A stretch of DNA of 64,000 nucleotides from IMG/VR virus record IMGVR_UViG_3300035498_001541. The stretch is one strand, 5' to 3'. Below the pieces are notes generated by a model, which saw only the letters and a program-made list of their open reading frames with translations, made no database searches and was not told the origin of the DNA. Below, piece after piece: positions 58,802 through 64,000 of this stretch. Made by a program: the position numbers and the translations under genes. Numbering within the stretch: the stretch's first letter is position 1; each line of letters starts with the position of its first letter. This DNA is from an uncultured virus (IMG/VR IMGVR_UViG_3300035498_001541) (Duplodnaviria; Heunggongvirae; Uroviricota; Caudoviricetes).

Positions 58802-59585
58802 GATTGTTCTCCAATTCTAAAAATGTCCTCATAATACTTCTAAAGATAGCCGGCTTCTCTAAGAAAGAGAAATGCCCAGCACCTTCCAAAACAGCAAGCC
58901 CTGCATTTGGTATCATCTTCTCCATTAGCCTTGCGTCACCTATTGGTGTTGCTGTGTCTAAATCTCCCCAAACCAAAAGAGTCTCCTGCTTAATACCCGG
59001 CAGTAAATCTGTCAAATCCTCATTGATGGCTAAAACCATGCACTGCCTCATCATAGGTGTTGCATTCCTGTAGTCAGCTGAACCCTGCCTACTCCTCCAA
59101 TCATCAATAAGCTCTGGAAAGAGAAAGTAGACAACCTTTAGATTCAAAAACTTCTGCAGTACCTTGTACTTCTTCACTTTAAACTTCTGCACGAAAGTCA
59201 GCTCAGGCTTCACACCTGCACTATCTATCAAAACAATCTTTTCAATCTCAAAAGGATTATCCTGCCTATTTGCAAGCTTTATAATTACCCTGCCACCGTA
59301 AGAGTGCCCTATCAATACAGCCCTCTCCACACCCAGCTCCTTCAAGAAAGCACAAACAAAATCACCGTATGCATCTACATTCCATGCCTCCTCCGGTTCG
59401 TCGCTCTCTCCAAATCCAGGAAAGTCCACCTGAATTACTCTGTACTGGTCATTAATCGTATCTGCAACTAAATCATACAGTTTCAAGCTGGTTCCCCAGC
59501 CCTGCAAGATTACTGCAACATTATTGCCTTCTCCTGTCACCCTATAGTGTACGTTGCACCCATCAATCTCAACATTCATTGTCAA
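58791..59585 (-). CDS. Alpha/beta hydrolase
   Basis: QGWG, DFPGFGES, GHSYGG, WG..D..TP and GAGH. Confidence 0.9.
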   Translation of the reverse strand: MTMNVEIDGCNVHYRVTGEGNNVAVILQGWGTSLKLYDLVADTINDQYRVIQVDFPGFGESDEPEEAWNVDAYGDFVCAFLKELGVERAVLIGHSYGGRVIIKLANRQDNPFEIEKIVLIDSAGVKPELTFVQKFKVKKYKVLQKFLNLKVVYFLFPELIDDWRSRQGSADYRNATPMMRQCMVLAINEDLTDLLPGIKQETLLVWGDLDTATPIGDARLMEKMIPNAGLAVLEGAGHFSFLEKPAIFRSIMRTFLELENNHVD

Positions 59586-59600
59586 GTCTCTCCTCCTAAA

Positions 59601-59637
59601 CTAAAAAACGTAGAGAACTCTTAATTCTCTACGCCAA
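59601..59637. repeat. 37-bp direct repeat / terminator hairpin, copy B
   Basis: ctaaaaaacgtagagaactcttaattctctacgccaa. Confidence 0.85.
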
Positions 59638-59664
59638 CATTTCAACGTTATTCAATTAAAAGAA

Positions 59665-60354
59665 TCATCTAGGGCAAATCTGTTCGAGTAAACTTTCCCC
59701 CTCAACGAACTCATATGGGTTATAAAAATAAAATATGACATCTCTAAACACTATGTCAAGATCATAGCAGCAATCAAACAGCACATACTCGTCCCAAGTT
59801 TCAAAAGGAACCTTAATATTGCATACTCTAAGAACTTCAGCCCTTCGTCGAGCGCAGTGAACACTCTCCTTCAAAAACTCCGTGTTAAGCAACTCCTTTA
59901 AATTATCCCGCCCAGCCTCCGAAAGTATCTCATTACGTATATACATATCATCAATAATATATTTCAACTTTGGACGTAATTCTTTCTGGTGGAAAGCTCT
60001 TCCAACAGCACCAACAGCTTTAGAATAGAAAGCGTCTTTGACAAAGCTACTTAAAGCCCAGTCATTATGAAGATTGATAAACTCACGTATACATACAGCA
60101 TTAAATAAATCTGCGTCTTCCACTTCCGATGTTGCATAAAACGGGAAATCCTGATTACGCAGATAGTCAATCACTTCTTCCCTACTTATTGGGGCTTCTT
60201 TGTTAGGACGAAAAGAAATTGTACGTCTAACATCTTTTACATCACTAATTGTCCTTATTATTCCTTTGTGCTGCATTAGATATCCAACTACTTCCTGATG
60301 AATCTTTGTAACATGATATGTCTTCCTCATAAAATCCTCCAATCTGCATTGCAC
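59665..60354 (-). CDS. Hypothetical protein (about 220 aa)
   Basis: ORF downstream of promoter copy 4. Confidence 0.7.
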   Translation of the reverse strand: MQCRLEDFMRKTYHVTKIHQEVVGYLMQHKGIIRTISDVKDVRRTISFRPNKEAPISREEVIDYLRNQDFPFYATSEVEDADLFNAVCIREFINLHNDWALSSFVKDAFYSKAVGAVGRAFHQKELRPKLKYIIDDMYIRNEILSEAGRDNLKELLNTEFLKESVHCARRRAEVLRVCNIKVPFETWDEYVLFDCCYDLDIVFRDVIFYFYNPYEFVEGESLLEQICPR

Positions 60355-60381
60355 TAAGGCAATACCTCGTTGCTAAGTTTA

Positions 60382-60417
60382 CTATTTATTTATAGCAACA
60401 ATGAAAGTGTTTATGGG
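60382..60417 (-). promoter_or_regulatory. Putative element-specific promoter, copy 4
   Basis: CCCATA-N17-TATAAATAAATAG. Confidence 0.5.
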
Positions 60418-60491
60418 CTATCAACCATGCGTTATTTTGGAACAGATCTAAAAAGATTCAACTTTTTGGTTTTTTAAGTGAACTTCTATCA

Positions 60492-60938
60492 TCATGCAGA
60501 CCTCCGCACAAAATAGTCCAGCAATAGTTCCTCCCAGTCATCAACACTATGAATCTCCCTACCGTCATCTAAACAAACTGCATCAAAATCCTCAAAGAAA
60601 TGTAGAAAGTGACATACATAGACTGTACAATCGCGTTTCTTCCCTATCTCAGCTAAGTATTTTGTGCAATTATCACCATACTGAGAAGATTTCATCACAC
60701 GATCCATCTCCAGTGTAACAATCAATGCTTTTGCTCCACCAGAAATTTTAGTAATAGGTATTGCTCCTAAAATGGGGCTCATTGCAATTTCTGGACCAAG
60801 AATCTCTGTGTTATCTACACCCTTCACCATTTCTTTTACAAACGGATCATCAAACCACTCATCTTCTCTATTAAAGTCAAAGAACGCATTGATACTATTA
60901 ATCGATTTTTCCGGTTCTTTAAAAGTTACATACAACAT
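60492..60938 (-). CDS. DUF4869-family protein
   Basis: Close paralog of 54399-54848; ISGGAK and GDNC. Confidence 0.8.
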   Translation of the reverse strand: MLYVTFKEPEKSINSINAFFDFNREDEWFDDPFVKEMVKGVDNTEILGPEIAMSPILGAIPITKISGGAKALIVTLEMDRVMKSSQYGDNCTKYLAEIGKKRDCTVYVCHFLHFFEDFDAVCLDDGREIHSVDDWEELLLDYFVRRSA

Positions 60939-60952
60939 ACAAACACCTCCAA

Positions 60953-61363
60953 CTAAAAACAATCCATTTCTCCTGAGAATCCTCTAAGCTCATGCTTCCT
61001 GCCATTTGAAACCATCTCGACTTCCACAGTCTGTGTCAAGCCTCTAATACCAAACCTGCTAACAATCACGAAATAATTATCCGAACTATTTAGCAACTCT
61101 GCACAATCATCCCTAAACAGAATTGGATTGCACTCATCCATAAAAAGAATCATACCTTTTGTAGCAAGATCCCTCTCCGACTCAACAACCTTTAAGTCCT
61201 TATCAGCTAAGCAGTCAACAGCTTCTGGATTACTATTAGAGTCTCTAACTAAATCAATCAGTGTAGTCTTCCCTTTACCGGAATCACCTCTAATAATCAG
61301 AAACTTCTGCCTAAACTCAAAGTCGTACTCAACAAAATTATTTCTCAAACTCACACGAGGCAT
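60953..61363 (-). CDS. Mini P-loop ATPase (DUF4869 partner)
   Basis: RGDSGKGKTT, ILFMDE and NYFVIVSR; ends GEMDCF. Confidence 0.75.
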   Translation of the reverse strand: MPRVSLRNNFVEYDFEFRQKFLIIRGDSGKGKTTLIDLVRDSNSNPEAVDCLADKDLKVVESERDLATKGMILFMDECNPILFRDDCAELLNSSDNYFVIVSRFGIRGLTQTVEVEMVSNGRKHELRGFSGEMDCF

Positions 61364-61806
61364 TAGTCAAAATACCCCCTATCTTCTAAATAACAATCCA
61401 TAAAATCCCCATCACTTTTGATTTCCTTACCTGTGTCAATACACACTCCATCAAAATCCTGATTAAATCTCATTGGGTGCTCATAGAAAAGCGTTACGTC
61501 TTTCATCTTGCTTATCTTAACAATCCAGTCTGAGCAGTTATCACCACAAGCAGTTCCCCAAATAATCTTATCAGTCTTTAACATCAAAATCAAAGCCTTT
61601 ACACCACCAGAAATTTTAGTGATTGGTATTGCACCTAAAACGGGACTTATCACTACACCACCATCAACCAACTCAGAACTATCTACATCCTTTATCATCT
61701 GTTTTACTAGTGGGTCTTTCAACCATTCTGTATCGTATCGATTGTTAAAGTAAACATCAACGTCCCTGTTAAAGTCCTTTGGCTCTCTAAAAGTTACATA
61801 CAGCAT
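61363..61806 (-). CDS. DUF4869-family protein
   Basis: SPVLGAIP..KISGGVKALIL...CGDNC. Confidence 0.85.
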   Translation of the reverse strand: MLYVTFREPKDFNRDVDVYFNNRYDTEWLKDPLVKQMIKDVDSSELVDGGVVISPVLGAIPITKISGGVKALILMLKTDKIIWGTACGDNCSDWIVKISKMKDVTLFYEHPMRFNQDFDGVCIDTGKEIKSDGDFMDCYLEDRGYFD

Positions 61807-61817
61807 ACCCTATCTCC

Positions 61818-62087
61818 TTAGAATCCTATAATGCAGAAACCATTATCTAAATCCTGCTTGGTGCAGTCATCTGAAACATACTTAATGGTCACAGATGTTT
61901 CTCTCCCTGTGTACTCATCACCATCACACTCACGAAGCCTAACTGTATCTCCAACTCTATACCCACAATCGTTCTTCTGAATCTTAAACATTCTTTCTCC
62001 ACCAAGAACTGCTTCAAAATATTCATGCAAGATTTTTAGCTCATGAACCATTACTGATTTACAGCTTCCTTTTCTTGCAACACTCAT
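61818..62087 (-). CDS. DUF3850 / ASCH-PUA-like protein
   Basis: HELKI..EYFEAV..G...F.I.KND..Y.VGD...L.E....YTGR. Confidence 0.8.
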   Translation of the reverse strand: MSVARKGSCKSVMVHELKILHEYFEAVLGGERMFKIQKNDCGYRVGDTVRLRECDGDEYTGRETSVTIKYVSDDCTKQDLDNGFCIIGF

Positions 62088-62101
62088 ACAAACACCTCCA
62101 A

Positions 62102-63457
62102 TTAAAAACAGCTCATTGTACCCATCAGTCTCTTAAACACTTTAGCAAAAGTCCTAAAGTCTCTGGTCACGCTATCAATATCGGAATAGCAAACCTCTTT
62201 ACTATTTACGACCTCTGCCTTTTCCTTACCATTGTATATAACAAACCTACCATAAACATCATTATCTGGCATTGAGTCTTCAACAACATCACTTACTAAA
62301 GATGCTCCATCAGGCAGCCTAGTCTGATCACTCAGCTTACACTCGAAAAGGCATGTTGCTCTACTCCGACCTTCATCAACTACAATAAAGTCCAATTCAA
62401 AATCTCTGCCAGCTTTTCTACCTTTTGAATAATACAACTTCTCATCCTTAGTAATCACCTGCTTAAGGGCAACTACGCATGAGCACTCGAACAGATACCC
62501 CATCATAGAATCCGGTAAATCATCCCTACCCCAAATCGCTCTTACAAGCTGATATGACATAGACTGGTTTACAACGTAAACTCGAAACTGATTTCTCACC
62601 CTGTAATTTGCCACTCTAATCACAATTCCTGCTTTCTCCATAACCTCAGAAATTGTACTAAAAGAATGCATGTCAATCACTACACTGCTATCGACACCAA
62701 CCTCTTCTAAAAACTCTTCTTCGCTAACTCTGTCTAAGTTTCCTGCAGCACTCGGCACTGATTCAATCACAGAATCGCAAATCGCCTTATAAAAAATCGT
62801 GTAGACTACAGCCTTCACAATCTTCTCATCAATCTCATTGCCAACGTAGGCAGACACATTGTCAATAATAGCAGTCTTTACGTATTCTCTCAAACTGCTA
62901 AAACTGTCAATCACATAATCCTCAAAAACACCGCCGGTTCTCAAAAACTCAAGGCAACTCTCTTTCGTCTTTTCCTTTCTAAAGAGTCGTCTGTATTCAC
63001 TGTATGAAAAATAATTAGTCTGCACTACAATCACACGATGTATCAGCCGACCATAGTTCAAATACTCAAGCACTATAGACTCTGTACCCGACACAATCAC
63101 TCTTTTTCCATTCTCAACTAAAGTGTAAAGGTATGCATCTAAATTTTCCCGACCTCTAATCCATGGGTATTCATCAATAACAATGACATCTTCTGTTGCA
63201 TCACGAAGAACTTCCAGATAATCCTCATAGTCCTCTGTCTCTCCTGCTTGTGCAGTAAGGTACAACACACTTTCCGCAACCCCCTGTAGAATCCCAACAG
63301 TCTTCCCTGTTCCTCTCAATCCACTAACAACAAGAACTTTCATGCTCTTGCCGGCAACATACGTACTAATACTTTCTACGAAGTCACGTTTCTCCCAATC
63401 GCTCTCGACTAAACTACCTTTTAGTCTTCTAAATTCTTCTCCTCTAGCAACTAGCAT
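62102..63457 (-). CDS. AAA-type ATPase with C-terminal PD-(D/E)xK-like (DUF4143-like) domain
   Basis: GLRGTGKT, IVIDE, SGT and ELDFIV...LFECK; ends TMSCF. Confidence 0.8.
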   Translation of the reverse strand: MLVARGEEFRRLKGSLVESDWEKRDFVESISTYVAGKSMKVLVVSGLRGTGKTVGILQGVAESVLYLTAQAGETEDYEDYLEVLRDATEDVIVIDEYPWIRGRENLDAYLYTLVENGKRVIVSGTESIVLEYLNYGRLIHRVIVVQTNYFSYSEYRRLFRKEKTKESCLEFLRTGGVFEDYVIDSFSSLREYVKTAIIDNVSAYVGNEIDEKIVKAVVYTIFYKAICDSVIESVPSAAGNLDRVSEEEFLEEVGVDSSVVIDMHSFSTISEVMEKAGIVIRVANYRVRNQFRVYVVNQSMSYQLVRAIWGRDDLPDSMMGYLFECSCVVALKQVITKDEKLYYSKGRKAGRDFELDFIVVDEGRSRATCLFECKLSDQTRLPDGASLVSDVVEDSMPDNDVYGRFVIYNGKEKAEVVNSKEVCYSDIDSVTRDFRTFAKVFKRLMGTMSCF

Positions 63458-63476
63458 ACAAAACACCTCCGTCACC

Positions 63477-63505
63477 ATTCTAGCACATCAACTGTGCCAT
63501 TACAA
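63477..63505 (-). promoter_or_regulatory. Host sigma70/sigmaA-type promoter
   Basis: TTGTAA-N17-TAGAAT with extended -10 TG. Confidence 0.55.
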
Positions 63506-63506
63506 T

Positions 63507-63536
63507 AAAACAACATGGGGAGCTGTTAACTCCCCA
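63507..63536 (-). terminator. Intrinsic terminator
   Basis: TGGGGAG/CTCCCCA stem plus T-rich tract. Confidence 0.6.
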
Positions 63537-63544
63537 CGCCTTAA

Positions 63545-64000
63545 TTAGTGCGTTCCAGCACTATCGTAATCATCAGAAGCTGACTTTCCTAAATCGTACA
63601 TTATAAAATCCCCTTGTTTAAACTCAAAGGTCTGTCCTTTAGAATCAGTCTTCTTGTCGACTCTCTGCTCCAAATTCCACATATTGCAGTTGCCACTCAC
63701 ATACTGACTTGCGTCGTAAGCTAAATACTTCTTAACCTCTCCGCTCTCATCGTCAGCAGCATTACCAACACTAGAGTATGCTTCAATCTGGAAATTCACA
63801 ATCAAGTATCCGTCATCCTCGCACCAGTAATCCTCAGTAAAGTCAACACCAGATTTCAAATCTTCTGTCAACTTGCTCTCGTCACTCGTCTTAATTGCGT
63901 GAACCTCATCCGGCAAGTAAAACTCTCCATACCACTGCTGATGTGCTTTGGTCAGAGTTCCTGTTCCAACCTCACTGCTAGAGGGGGCTGTAACACTCGT
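63545..64000 (-). CDS. C-terminus of a larger protein, 5'-truncated by the window edge (DUF5704-type large protein-like)
   Basis: The frame is open to 64000: ...QQWYGEFYLP...GYLIVNF.I...NMW...GDFI.YD..KS..DDY...GTH*. Confidence 0.6.
   Translation of the reverse strand, partial: TSVTAPSSSEVGTGTLTKAHQQWYGEFYLPDEVHAIKTSDESKLTEDLKSGVDFTEDYWCEDDGYLIVNFQIEAYSSVGNAADDESGEVKKYLAYDASQYVSGNCNMWNLEQRVDKKTDSKGQTFEFKQGDFIMYDLGKSASDDYDSAGTH

Noticed and set aside
7155..63548. Plus-strand ORFs in the track (e.g. 21797-22411, 48422-49207)
   Set aside because: They are antisense to well-supported genes and have no motifs or convincing RBS.

Overview
This AT-rich 64-kb window is densely coding, and every credible gene (about 75) lies on the minus strand. 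It looks like part of a very large mobile replicon (jumbo phage or megaplasmid), probably of a Lachnospiraceae/Clostridia-like host; no capsid, terminase, rRNA, tRNA or CRISPR is visible, so the replicon type is unresolved. Positions 1-19 kb hold an information-processing core: a family A DNA polymerase that runs off the left edge and is missing from the ORF track, a membrane-anchored HNH nuclease, a single-chain beta-beta' RNA polymerase of about 2741 aa with a non-canonical trigger loop and no beta' zinc-binding domain, and a minimal NAD-dependent ligase. Positions 19-38 kb encode a class A PBP, NrdD, a dNMP kinase and many secreted Ig/FN3/InlB-repeat proteins. Positions 38-64 kb are accessory: DUF3990 pairs, HipA-like kinases, LRR-like repeat proteins, five DUF4869 paralogs with mini-ATPase partners, degenerate NTPases, and a murF-ddl-vanX-like cassette bounded by 37-bp direct repeats. 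The two most notable cross-cutting patterns are a C-terminal M-x-x-F tag shared by the RNA polymerase and six unrelated proteins, and a recurrent non-sigma70 promoter-like motif (CCMWKW-N17/18-TATAMATAA). Family names come from my recognition of motifs, not from database searches.
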